37,060 nt of DNA from a virus (lineage: Duplodnaviria > Caudoviricetes): IMG/VR virus record IMGVR_UViG_3300022666_000349, positions 1 through 37,060 of that record. One strand, 5' to 3'. A model generated the notes under the pieces. That model saw nothing but the letters and a program-made list of their open reading frames with translations. It was not told the origin of the DNA and made no database searches. This document shows positions 1-7,724 of the stretch, one piece after another. The position numbers and the translations under genes were made by a program. Each line of letters opens with the position of its first letter. Positions within the stretch are counted from its first letter, which is position 1.

Positions 1-315
1 ATGGCAATGACGCGCGCGGAAATCAGGGAGATCGCCGTGGAGGTGGCCCAGTTGCTGGCGCCGATGCTGGCAAAGTTGATGCCTTCGGCGGCGCCCGCTC
101 CGTCCGTGGCTGCCGGTCTGGACCCGGACCGGGTGCGCTATGAGGATTCGCAGTTGCTGGATGCGCGGCGCACGATGACAGAGGCGGATTATGTGGTGTA
201 TCACGCGACCATCATGGCGGGCCGCGCGGAGACGCTGGGGCAGTTTTCTACGGCGGACCGCCTGATGAAGTCGGCCAAGGCCAGGGCGCGCAAGCTGGCG
301 AGCCAGGGGAGATGA
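1..315 (+). CDS. Hypothetical phage protein
   Basis: 104-aa ORF, ATGA overlap with the next ORF. Confidence 0.65.
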   Translation: MAMTRAEIREIAVEVAQLLAPMLAKLMPSAAPAPSVAAGLDPDRVRYEDSQLLDARRTMTEADYVVYHATIMAGRAETLGQFSTADRLMKSAKARARKLASQGR

Positions 316-524
316 GCATGAGGGTGGAGTTTGTGGCGGTGACGGAGGCGTTTTTCGACAATCTGGAGGCATTCCGGCGCCAGCATCCAAACGCGCGGAT
401 TGTGTCTGTGGATGGGCGGATGTGCTACGGGGAATGTTCGTCGTGCCGGTCGCTTATCCTGGGGAACGACCGGTACCTGATGTGGCCGGACGGCAAGATG
501 AGCTGCGCGAATTGTCGCAGGTGA
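312..524 (+). CDS. Small Cys-rich (CxxC...CxxC) hypothetical protein
   Basis: CSSC and CANC motifs; coupled to the upstream stop. Confidence 0.6.
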   Translation: MSMRVEFVAVTEAFFDNLEAFRRQHPNARIVSVDGRMCYGECSSCRSLILGNDRYLMWPDGKMSCANCRR

Positions 525-659
525 GCGGCGGGACGGGGGCGCTTCGTTATGGTCAATGCGTGGTGGCTGGTGGCGGGCGGCGGATCGGGACGTGGTTGGC
601 GATGAGATGCGAGCGGAGGCGAGGTATCGGGCAAACCAGTGGCTGAGGGAGGGCGAGCG

Positions 660-854
660 ATGAGCAGGTGGATAGCGTGTTCTAATGAGATGCCGGATGC
701 CTGCATGATGGTGCTGACATATTCCCCGGAATCCTGCGAGCCGGTCTGGCCGGCGGCATTTGACGGCGTGTCGTGGGTGGACGATTACGGCCTGCCGCTG
801 GCGCCGCCCGTGACGCACTGGATGATGTTTCCGGACCCGCCGGAGGTGCTGTGA
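660..854 (+). CDS. DUF551-like phage protein
   Basis: N-terminal WIACSNEMP and C-terminal VTHWMMFPDPP, typical of this family; GGAGG upstream. Confidence 0.8.
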   Translation: MSRWIACSNEMPDACMMVLTYSPESCEPVWPAAFDGVSWVDDYGLPLAPPVTHWMMFPDPPEVL

Positions 855-856
855 CG

Positions 857-1252
857 ATGAATACGGTCAGGGAGTTTGTTCCGGCGTATCAGGATATGCT
901 GGAGGCGGTTCCGAGCAGGACGGTGGCGATAGAGCGTTGCTATCAGTTGGCCGGTATGTCCGCCAAGGAGGCCGCCTGGGAGATGGGGATCGATTATTGC
1001 CATTTCATGCGGATGATGCGGGATACCGACCCGAATAATTTCCCTCAGAACAAGACTGTTTTGCTGATGAAGAAGATGGGCAACACTTTTCCGCTGGACT
1101 GGGAGGCCCGCCAGATGGGCCAGGTGTGCTACCCCCTGGACTTCATGCTGATTCTGGACGGTATCAGGGATGCCCTTTGTTCCGAGGGGCGGGCAGTCAG
1201 TTTTTCCGCGCTGTTGAGGGAGATGCGCCGCCGTGGCGAAAGGGGCGCATAA
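857..1252 (+). CDS. Putative phage transcriptional regulator (CII-like, HTH)
   Basis: HTH-like segment SAKEAAWEMGIDYCHFMRMM; GGAGG upstream of ATG 857. Confidence 0.55.
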   Translation: MNTVREFVPAYQDMLEAVPSRTVAIERCYQLAGMSAKEAAWEMGIDYCHFMRMMRDTDPNNFPQNKTVLLMKKMGNTFPLDWEARQMGQVCYPLDFMLILDGIRDALCSEGRAVSFSALLREMRRRGERGA

Positions 1253-1427
1253 GACGAGGCGTTTTCTTGCGCCATGTGAATGGTGCGCGCAGTCCCGCGA
1301 GTGCGCTCCGGAGAAGCGTACGGCCGTTGTGGTGAAGTATGCCGGCACTATGTTCGATTTGTATCCATATCAATGCCCGGACCATGAACCATTGTGGTAT
1401 CGGGGCATGGAAGGCGTGAGAGCCTGA
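1233..1427 (+). CDS. Small hypothetical protein
   Basis: 64-aa ORF with CEWC, fills the gap in the operon. Confidence 0.4.
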   Translation: MAKGAHKTRRFLAPCEWCAQSRECAPEKRTAVVVKYAGTMFDLYPYQCPDHEPLWYRGMEGVRA

Positions 1428-1494
1428 AAGGGGATTAACGGCTGCGGGGGCGGGACGGCAGGTTTCTTTCATCGATGTGAGAAAGGAGATAAGG

Positions 1495-1854
1495 ATGCCG
1501 GGTTTTGTGGATGAGGAGCGGGCGAGCCTGTTGACGCTGGCGCGCGGGGCGGCTATCGAGAGGTTTGACGATGAGATGCAGAGGGTTCTGGATAATATCG
1601 TGGACCCCAATACCCGCGGCGGGGTGCGCGAGGTTTCTTTGCGGGTGCGCATCAAGCCGGACGATAACCGGGTGACGGGCAATGTGGAGATTATCTGCAC
1701 GTCGAAGACGCAACCGGCGCAGCCGTGCAGCACTATTTTCTATATTGGCAGACAAGGCAACCGGGGCGTGGCTTTTGAGCACAATCCGGAACAGTTGACC
1801 ATGCCCTATCAGGCCCCGGCCGTGATAACGGGCGGAAAGGCGGGTAACGAGTAA
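1495..1854 (+). CDS. Conserved phage early protein (first of a common gene pair, YfdP-like)
   Basis: GAAIERFDDEMQRVLDNIVDPNT...REVSLRVRIKPD motif; AAGGAG RBS. Confidence 0.75.
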   Translation: MPGFVDEERASLLTLARGAAIERFDDEMQRVLDNIVDPNTRGGVREVSLRVRIKPDDNRVTGNVEIICTSKTQPAQPCSTIFYIGRQGNRGVAFEHNPEQLTMPYQAPAVITGGKAGNE

Positions 1855-2573
1855 TGGCGGATCTGACGGCGGAGTTTGTGAACAGGATTGTGGAGTTGTC
1901 GCCTATCGATATGGAGGTTATCGAGGGGAGATATTACGCGGACCGGAAGCTGTTTCCGGTGGTCCCCCCGGTGGTGGAGGAGATGAACGTGGCGACACTG
2001 ACCGGGTTGGGCGATTACCTGAACGCGAATCCGGACCGGCTGGAGCTGGATTCCCTGGTGGCGCATGTGCGGGGTCACAATGATGTGCAGGTGCGATCCC
2101 GCCTGACCGGCGACTGGAACCAGCGGTATCTGTTTCTGCATGCCTTCCATGAGCCGAAGGGGTATCCGTTTGGCAAATATCTGCCCATTGAGGATTTCAT
2201 CATCAATATGCAGACGCATTTTGTGCAGGACGCGGCCACGGCGGCCATAGTGCGGCTGGCGGGAAACCTGGTCCAGGAGGCGAATGTGACCTGTTCCGAT
2301 GACGGGATGACGCAGACGGTGACGGCCAGGACCGGCATTGCCCGGGTGGCTGAGGTGTCGGTGCCGAATCCGGTGGAGCTGGCGCCGTTCCGGACGTTTC
2401 TGGAGATTGACCAGCCGGTGTCGAAGTGCGTGTTGCGGCTCAAGAAGTCGGACGCCGGGCCGCTGGCGGCGTTGTTTGACGCTGATGGCGGGTGTTGGAC
2501 GCTGGAGGCTATCCGGCGGATCCGGGACTGGTTGAGGGCGAATATTCCAGAACAGGTGACGATTTTAGCTTAG
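1854..2573 (+). CDS. Conserved phage early protein (YfdQ/DUF2303-like partner)
   Basis: DDGMTQTVTARTG...VPNPVELAPFRTFLEIDQP...LFDADGGCW motif; TAATG coupling. Confidence 0.75.
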   Translation: MADLTAEFVNRIVELSPIDMEVIEGRYYADRKLFPVVPPVVEEMNVATLTGLGDYLNANPDRLELDSLVAHVRGHNDVQVRSRLTGDWNQRYLFLHAFHEPKGYPFGKYLPIEDFIINMQTHFVQDAATAAIVRLAGNLVQEANVTCSDDGMTQTVTARTGIARVAEVSVPNPVELAPFRTFLEIDQPVSKCVLRLKKSDAGPLAALFDADGGCWTLEAIRRIRDWLRANIPEQVTILA

Positions 2574-2579
2574 GGCATG

Positions 2580-2614
2580 GGCCGTGGGGCCCTCCATCTC
2601 CACGGCCGTTTTTT
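2580..2614 (+). terminator. Rho-independent terminator-like hairpin
   Basis: GGCCGTGGGG/CTCCACGGCC stem followed by GTTTTTT. Confidence 0.6.
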
Positions 2615-2630
2615 GCCCGGGGGAGGGGCG

Positions 2631-2771
2631 ATGAAGGAAACGAGGGGTTATGTGACGCATCCCTGCCAGGGGTGCGAGGCCGGATATTATGGTTGCGAGC
2701 TTTATTGCCGACTGCTGGAGAAGTGGAACATGAAGCGCCTGAGGGATGTGGCTGATGAAAACGTGTCCTGA
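2631..2771 (+). CDS. Small Cys-rich hypothetical protein
   Basis: GGAGG RBS; CQGC...CELYC. Confidence 0.5.
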   Translation: MKETRGYVTHPCQGCEAGYYGCELYCRLLEKWNMKRLRDVADENVS

Positions 2772-2844
2772 ATGCGGGGCGGATCTCCGGCACGAAGGGG
2801 GTTGCGTGACCTGCCCGGCGTGCGGGTGGAGTATGTGCGGGTGA
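2755..2844 (+). CDS. 29-aa zinc-ribbon peptide (not in ORF track)
   Basis: Translates to MKTCPECGADLRHEGGCVTCPACGWSMCG; GAGG upstream. Confidence 0.6.
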   Translation: MKTCPECGADLRHEGGCVTCPACGWSMCG

Positions 2845-2847
2845 TGC

Positions 2848-3153
2848 GTGGATGATTTGCTCTCCAGGGTGGTGGTGACCATCAGGAGCCGGTACGGGTT
2901 GGAGGTGGATATCACCGATGATCCGGAGGAGAGGGAGCGGAGGGTTGCCGTTGGGCGGATCGTGATGTCGGGCGGAGAGGTGGCGGCGCTGAAAGGTGCG
3001 CCGCCCCAGGCGGTGGTTGTGGCGATGGATATGAAAAAGCGGTTTCGCGGGGCGGAGGTGGAGAGCTGCGGCCCGAGCAGCGGGCCTTATCCTTGGGATG
3101 GGGTGGAGCTGCCGCGGCGGAAGGGTGAGACTTATAGGAAGTGGTGGAGGTGA
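2848..3153 (+). CDS. Hypothetical phage protein
   Basis: 101-aa ORF in operon context. Confidence 0.6.
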   Translation: MDDLLSRVVVTIRSRYGLEVDITDDPEERERRVAVGRIVMSGGEVAALKGAPPQAVVVAMDMKKRFRGAEVESCGPSSGPYPWDGVELPRRKGETYRKWWR

Positions 3154-3164
3154 GGGGATGAAAA

Positions 3165-3353
3165 ATGACAGTCGACTTGCATGACAACGTGAACCAGCAA
3201 CTCGATCTATTCAGGCAAACAGCAACCGCGATCCGTTGCTATTGGGGCAACGAATGTTGCCATGATTGTGAATGGTGCGAAGGCGGTCTTATGCTGAGAG
3301 AGGCCCGGGCTGGGGGGGAGTCATTTCTTCAAAATTCCACTTTCAAGGGCTGA
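3165..3353 (+). CDS. Hypothetical protein; 3' end may be altered by the island junction
   Basis: GAGG upstream; the last ~10 codons run into the AT-rich island. Confidence 0.4.
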   Translation: MTVDLHDNVNQQLDLFRQTATAIRCYWGNECCHDCEWCEGGLMLREARAGGESFLQNSTFKG

Positions 3354-3381
3354 CCCCTCATTTTTACCTGGTTTTAAATTT

Positions 3382-3864
3382 TTATTTCGGCTTCTTCTTG
3401 TCCCATCCATATTTAGCGTCTGTATCTGCAAGAAGCTTTTTAAGATAAGGCAGTTTGCTTGGGTCGCGTCGTTTTGCCAGTATATCTTTACGATTCTTTT
3501 CCATGGTTTCACATGTTTTGAGAATACGTTTAGCTTGTTTCTCGCGTGCAAGCCGTTGAAAGTCCGTTTGGCTTTTAAGAGCTACTTCAATCAATTTGAC
3601 GGCATCTTCTGGTGCAATGGCAAAGAACTCCCGCTTCCGACTGGTTCGCATATCATCAAAAGCACCGTGAACCTGCTTTTCAGCGCGGTCTGCATCAATA
3701 ACGGGGAAGGCTGCGTAGACATCAAATGGGGCGGGAGTACCAGTTCCTTGGCTAAGTTGTCTGGCCCGGTCCTCAGGATTACCTAATGTCATCCCGATTT
3801 TTACTAATCCTGGCATGGCAGAGTTTGTAAGAACATATATGAATCCGTTCTTGTCTTTAGTCAT
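3382..3864 (-). CDS. GIY-YIG (T5orf172/MUG113-like) domain protein
   Basis: GFIYVLTNSAMPGLVKIGMT...RARQL...AEKQVH...REFF signature; AAAGGA RBS before ATG 3864. Confidence 0.88.
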   Translation of the reverse strand: MTKDKNGFIYVLTNSAMPGLVKIGMTLGNPEDRARQLSQGTGTPAPFDVYAAFPVIDADRAEKQVHGAFDDMRTSRKREFFAIAPEDAVKLIEVALKSQTDFQRLAREKQAKRILKTCETMEKNRKDILAKRRDPSKLPYLKKLLADTDAKYGWDKKKPK

Positions 3865-3885
3865 TGTAATCAATCCTTTTGTTTT

Positions 3886-3949
3886 GGATAACGTGGCCGA
3901 GGCGCACCGGCGTAGCGCAGCGAAAACCGTGTGCCGCCGCGGGTTAGGC
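3886..3949 (-). other. Integron attC-like recombination site
   Basis: Minus strand: R'' GCCTAAC containing the HNH stop codon, L'' GCG[G]CAC pairing with L' GTGCGC, a second bulged A, and R' GTTATCC; 64 bp; L'-R' spacer ~3 nt longer than canonical. Confidence 0.65.
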
Positions 3950-4663
3950 AGATTCCTGTAGTTTTGCTCGAAGCTCATCTACACTTAACCAGGGCCTGCG
4001 CCTGTGAATCATGCGATGACAATTCGCACAGACAAGTGCCAAATCACTTACTTTGGTCTTCTCACCTGGTGTTAGGAAGCTGACTGGTTTGACATGATGA
4101 CACTCTACGAAACCATGCCCATGTAGCCCATAAGTTGCCTCATAGTCAAAACCACACACCTCGCACTTGAGATTACCTGTTGCAACCAAAATCTGATTTT
4201 TCTTTTTATCAGTTAACAATCTATTGCGCTCTCGTGACCGATGTAGCCGAGTTAGAACACGGCCTTCTTCTGCTTCAACATCTTCATCATCAACATATAC
4301 AGCAGTTGATTCTAGTGATCCACTCTCTACAACGGCAGCAATCGATAATGCAACCTTATGAAGTCGATCTTTGTCGTTTGCAAAGGTATTCCACACCTCT
4401 TCTTCAAGGTGTGATCCTCTTTTGAGACCTTCTCCTGGATAATCGGGGTCAAATCTGAGGAAGTTACTGAGTTTCATGCCGACACCGTTAGAATTTCTGA
4501 AATCTTCTTCTAGGTCGGAGCCTTGATGAATCGGAAGTTTATTAAGAAGGTTGCTCAGTTTTATTACTTCAGGGTGCGTCTTACTGCCTCTCGCAGTCGG
4601 CTCCCGAAAATAAAGGTCCAGGGCAAGTATGAGTTCATCTCGTGTCCAGTCTGGTTTTGCCAT
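3944..4663 (-). CDS. HNH endonuclease, McrA-like (candidate modification-dependent restriction/defence)
   Basis: N-terminal WTRDELILALDLY...GMKLSNF; C-terminal CEVC...ECHHVKP...VCANCHRMIH; AGAGGAG RBS. Confidence 0.9.
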   Translation of the reverse strand: MAKPDWTRDELILALDLYFREPTARGSKTHPEVIKLSNLLNKLPIHQGSDLEEDFRNSNGVGMKLSNFLRFDPDYPGEGLKRGSHLEEEVWNTFANDKDRLHKVALSIAAVVESGSLESTAVYVDDEDVEAEEGRVLTRLHRSRERNRLLTDKKKNQILVATGNLKCEVCGFDYEATYGLHGHGFVECHHVKPVSFLTPGEKTKVSDLALVCANCHRMIHRRRPWLSVDELRAKLQESA

Positions 4664-4818
4664 TAAACGCTCTCCTCTTTTAACGGACGGCTAGTTGGCG
4701 CTACTATGCGAACCTTTGCACATATATCGCCGCCTCAAAATGAGATAACTTCTAGGGGTAAGACAGCCTGGATGGATGCTGTGGGTGACCCGCCGAGGGT
4801 CGGTATCCACTCGCGTGT

Positions 4819-4938
4819 GTACGTCCGGCATGGGCATGAACTTATGGGGTGCAAGTCCCCTGTACGTGAATCCAAACACCGTCGAGATACGGGGTAACCA
4901 AGTACTAGCCGAAGGCAAGGGCGTCTCCGCGAGGTGGG
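4819..4938 (+). mobile_element. Truncated 5' end (part of domain I) of a group IIC intron, attC-targeting type; no RT
   Basis: GTACGTCCGGCATGGGCATGAACTTATGGGGTGCAAGTCCCCTGTAC...TAGCCGAAGGCAAGGGCGTC resembles IIC 5' ends as recalled; preceded by a hairpin (4770-4809); antisense to the cassettes. Confidence 0.7.
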
Positions 4939-5031
4939 CAACCATGGAAACAATCGAAAGCTGGGGGCTGGTCATGGTTGAACCAGCAAAAATTCAACTC
5001 GGATTGTTCAAGTAATACTGGAGATTTTGAT

Positions 5032-5304
5032 TTGCTTTTCCCACGAACTGTATTTGCTACCAGAAACAATATCATACGTCAATGGCTGCATTTGTTGTCG
5101 GAGGTCCTGGAAGTGGGCGGCGCGATGCTGCAGGCCTGGCTATCGGGGGACTGGAACCATGTGGCCGATGAGCTGGTGGATGTGCAGCAGTCGGCGGATA
5201 CGGCGCTGCATATCGCTATGGACCGGCATGGAGCGGACAGCTATGGCGCGTATACCAGGGTGACTGTGGGTTGCCGGAGACGGGGATATTATGATGAGCA
5301 CTAA
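5032..5304 (+). CDS. MazG-like nucleotide pyrophosphohydrolase-fold phage protein
   Basis: HLLSEVLEV...VADELVDVQQSADT acidic motif; probable TTG start after GGAG. Confidence 0.6.
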   Translation: MLFPRTVFATRNNIIRQWLHLLSEVLEVGGAMLQAWLSGDWNHVADELVDVQQSADTALHIAMDRHGADSYGAYTRVTVGCRRRGYYDEH

Positions 5305-5377
5305 GGTTTTCCCGACGCTCCTGATTATTCTGGATGTGCCGGCGGCTGCCGCGTTGACGTTTGTGGTGACGTTTTAG
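5291..5377 (+). pseudogene. Short hydrophobic phage gene, probably internally deleted
   Basis: MMSTKVFPTLLIILDVPAAAALTFVVTF: looks like the two ends of a ~45-aa phage membrane peptide with the middle missing (recalled, not searched). Confidence 0.4.
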
Positions 5378-5386
5378 GAGGCTCTG

Positions 5387-6271
5387 ATGTATTTCGAGTG
5401 GTTCCGATGGTATACCGGCACGCTGGACGATAAAAAGTTCACCGTGGTAGCTAGAAAAGCCCAGGTTCCGCGAGTGATTGTCCTGGGGGTGTGGCAGTCT
5501 ATCATCGAGCATGCGGCCACAAGGCAAGACCGTGGAAGTCTTGACGGTTATGATTTTGAGGAGAACGCTGCCTGCCTGGAAATTGAACCTGATGAGGTGG
5601 AGCGGGTTTATCGAGCGCTGGAAGAGAAGGATGTCATCGCGTCTGGGCGGCTGAAAAACTGGGAGAAACGGCAACCGAAGAATGAGGACCCCACGGCGGC
5701 AAGACGGAAACGGGAGCAACGGGAACGTGACAAAATTCGGGCGGATGTTGATGAACTGAAAGCCCTTTTGTCACAACTTCAAGCCGGATGCCACGATATG
5801 TCACGGACTGTCACGGCAAGTCACGACAGAGAAGATAAGAGAAGAGAAGAAGAAAAAAGAGAAGAAGAAAAAGCAGCAGCAGCAGAACCAGAGTCAGTCA
5901 GAACTGACAGCGAAACGCCGCCACCAGAGCCGGACGTTGCCGCCGCCGCGGAAGTCCGGAACATGCCGGTTTCGGAATGCCGCGCTCTGGTGCGGAAATA
6001 CCTCGGCCAGTTGATGGATTCGCCGGGCCAGACGTCGATTTTGCAGGATATCTGCCGCCTCTACCCTCGGGAACGCATCCGGGAGGCGTTCGAGGCTGCC
6101 GGATGTTCGGGAAAGACACAGCTCAACTGGGTGAAAAAACGCCTGGAGGGGAGGGGTGACGATGACGGACGAGGATCTGCAAAAGGCGCAATCAAGGCTG
6201 GAGGAAAAGCGAAGGGAATCAGGCCGCCATGCCCCGCTGACGCCGACTGGCTGGGCACTGGAGGAACGTGA
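5387..6271 (+). CDS. Phage replication initiator / replisome organizer
   Basis: WFRWY...DDKKF N-terminus, NWEKRQ...AARRKREQRER motif, low-complexity linker; upstream of a DnaC-like gene; AGGAGG RBS. Confidence 0.85.
   Translation: MYFEWFRWYTGTLDDKKFTVVARKAQVPRVIVLGVWQSIIEHAATRQDRGSLDGYDFEENAACLEIEPDEVERVYRALEEKDVIASGRLKNWEKRQPKNEDPTAARRKREQRERDKIRADVDELKALLSQLQAGCHDMSRTVTASHDREDKRREEEKREEEKAAAAEPESVRTDSETPPPEPDVAAAAEVRNMPVSECRALVRKYLGQLMDSPGQTSILQDICRLYPRERIREAFEAAGCSGKTQLNWVKKRLEGRGDDDGRGSAKGAIKAGGKAKGIRPPCPADADWLGTGGT
5769..5873 (+). repeat. Iteron-like repeats plus purine tract (candidate replication origin inside the initiator gene)
   Basis: 10-bp-phased TGCCACGATA/TGTCACGGAC/TGTCACGGCA/AGTCACGACA (5789-5828), extra TGTCAC at 5769, then an almost pure A/G tract. 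Confidence 0.55.
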
Positions 6272-7028
6272 ACTGCTTTGCCCGGACTGCGGCGGTTTGT
6301 TTTCCGGGAAAACCCCGGCGGCGCTGGCTGCGATAAGGCCCGCTCCCGTAGTGTGCCCGGAATGTTCGGCGAAACGGGCGGCGGCGCGAGCCGAGCTGCT
6401 CCGGCAGGAACGGGAGGCCGTGGAGAGGGACAGGAAAGGGCGGCAGATTGCCGGGTTTCTCAAGGCGTCGAACATCGGCGCCCGTTTCCAGGGGATGATC
6501 TTCGAGGACTACCGGCCGGTATGCGCGGATGCGGCAAAGGTCAAAGCGGAGTGCGAGCGCTGGGCGAAGTCTTTTGATCCGCGGGGAGGGGGATTTCTGG
6601 TGCTGCTGGGCCGCTGCGGCACCGGCAAGAACATGCTGGCCGCGATTGTGGGCCAGGAGGTGATGAGGCAAGGGTTTTCGTGCCTGCATACGACGGTGAT
6701 GAAGCTGGTGCGCCGGGTGATGGATAGCTGGCGAACCAGGGAGGGCACGGAGGAGGTTGTCAGGTCGTTTACGGTCCCGGACCTGTTGATAATCGACGAG
6801 GTGGGCGTGCAGTTCGAGAGCGCGACCGAGCAGTTGGTTTTGACGGAGATTGTGAACGACCGCTACGAGGCGTTGAAACCGACGGTCCTGATAAGCAATC
6901 TGACGATCAAGCAGTTGACGGAGGTAATCGGGGAGCGGGCTGTTGACAGGTTTTATGAGGGCAACAGCAGGTTGCTGGCCTTTACCTGGCAGAGCTACCG
7001 CCGGGCAAGCCTTCAGAGGGTTGTGTGA
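6162..7028 (+). CDS. DnaC/IstB-like AAA+ helicase loader
   Basis: CPDC/CPEC zinc motif, Walker A GRCGTGKN, Walker B LLIIDEVG, PTVLISNL. Confidence 0.92.
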   Translation: MTDEDLQKAQSRLEEKRRESGRHAPLTPTGWALEERELLCPDCGGLFSGKTPAALAAIRPAPVVCPECSAKRAAARAELLRQEREAVERDRKGRQIAGFLKASNIGARFQGMIFEDYRPVCADAAKVKAECERWAKSFDPRGGGFLVLLGRCGTGKNMLAAIVGQEVMRQGFSCLHTTVMKLVRRVMDSWRTREGTEEVVRSFTVPDLLIIDEVGVQFESATEQLVLTEIVNDRYEALKPTVLISNLTIKQLTEVIGERAVDRFYEGNSRLLAFTWQSYRRASLQRVV

Positions 7029-7048
7029 TATTTTCAGGGGGTGAGAGC

Positions 7049-7396
7049 ATGGATGAGGTCAGGCTGTGCGGCTACCCTGGTTGCGGCAGGCCGCTGGTTA
7101 TGAGGCTGGACGAGACGCCGGCAAGGTTTGCCCGGCGGCTGTACTGCGACAGGACATGCTGTACCCGGCAAAAGACGCTGAAGATAAGACAAAAGCGCGA
7201 AAAGGCGAGAAAGACGCACCGAAAAAGGGGCGAGAGGGTGCAGAGGAAGGCGCCCGTGGAGGTTGCGCCTGTGGCGAAGACGGTTTCCCGTGTCATTCCG
7301 GGCCTGTTGATGGCGCGCAGGCTTCGCGGTTCGGTTTATCAGGAAAGCGGTGTGTGGCTTGGTCACGATGAAGGGGAATTAGTGGCTGATATCTGA
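7049..7396 (+). CDS. Basic Cys-rich hypothetical protein
   Basis: CGYPGC...YCDRTC followed by a K/R-rich region. Confidence 0.55.
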   Translation: MDEVRLCGYPGCGRPLVMRLDETPARFARRLYCDRTCCTRQKTLKIRQKREKARKTHRKRGERVQRKAPVEVAPVAKTVSRVIPGLLMARRLRGSVYQESGVWLGHDEGELVADI

Positions 7397-7397
7397 T

Positions 7398-7439
7398 GTT
7401 CAAAAATATGTTGAACAATTGGGGGCGTTGATGTATTAA
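7398..7439 (+). promoter_or_regulatory. Operator copy 1 overlapping the -35 of a putative late promoter
   Basis: GTTCAA-AAATATG-TTGAAC (7398-7416); TTGAAC-17-TATTAA. Confidence 0.7.
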
Positions 7440-7446
7440 GGTGGTA

Positions 7447-7626
7447 ATGGTTAAAATCCTATTGTCGGATGGTCGGATGTTGAAGGTAGACCCTGAATGG
7501 AAAGCAAAGATGTTGGAGCAGTTGCGGGCGCTGGGCGTGATGGAGCCCGGTTTCACCGGTCAACTGGTGATTGATTGCAACCAGGGCGGCATTACTGCTT
7601 TGACAAGGACTGAGAAGATAAGGTAG
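7447..7626 (+). CDS. Small protein, DUF2292/YezD-like
   Basis: FTGQLVIDCNQGGITALTRTEKIR; such genes often precede terminase. Confidence 0.55.
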   Translation: MVKILLSDGRMLKVDPEWKAKMLEQLRALGVMEPGFTGQLVIDCNQGGITALTRTEKIR

Positions 7627-7661
7627 GGCGGTTAGTTCATTAACCCGCAGGGGAGCTTTTG

Positions 7662-7707
7662 AACCCGCATCATGTGGCTGTTTTTACGGCCGTGGTGCGG
7701 GTTTTTT
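7662..7707 (+). terminator. Terminator-like hairpin upstream of terS
   Basis: AACCCGCATCATG/CGTGGTGCGGGTT outer stem, GGCTGT/ACGGCC inner stem, T-run. Confidence 0.65.
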
Positions 7708-7724
7708 CGTTGAGGGAGAGTGTT

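Noticed and set aside
3865-3978. N-terminal extension of the GIY-YIG ORF to 3978
   Set aside because: Runs through the attC-like site; the RBS supports ATG 3864
4691-4975. 94-aa minus-strand ORF (...RGLAPHKFMPMPDVH...)
   Set aside because: Reverse translation of the group IIC intron fragment, not a likely gene
5006-5024. Possible fifth operator (GTTCAAGTAATACTGGAGA)
   Set aside because: Only the left half-site matches
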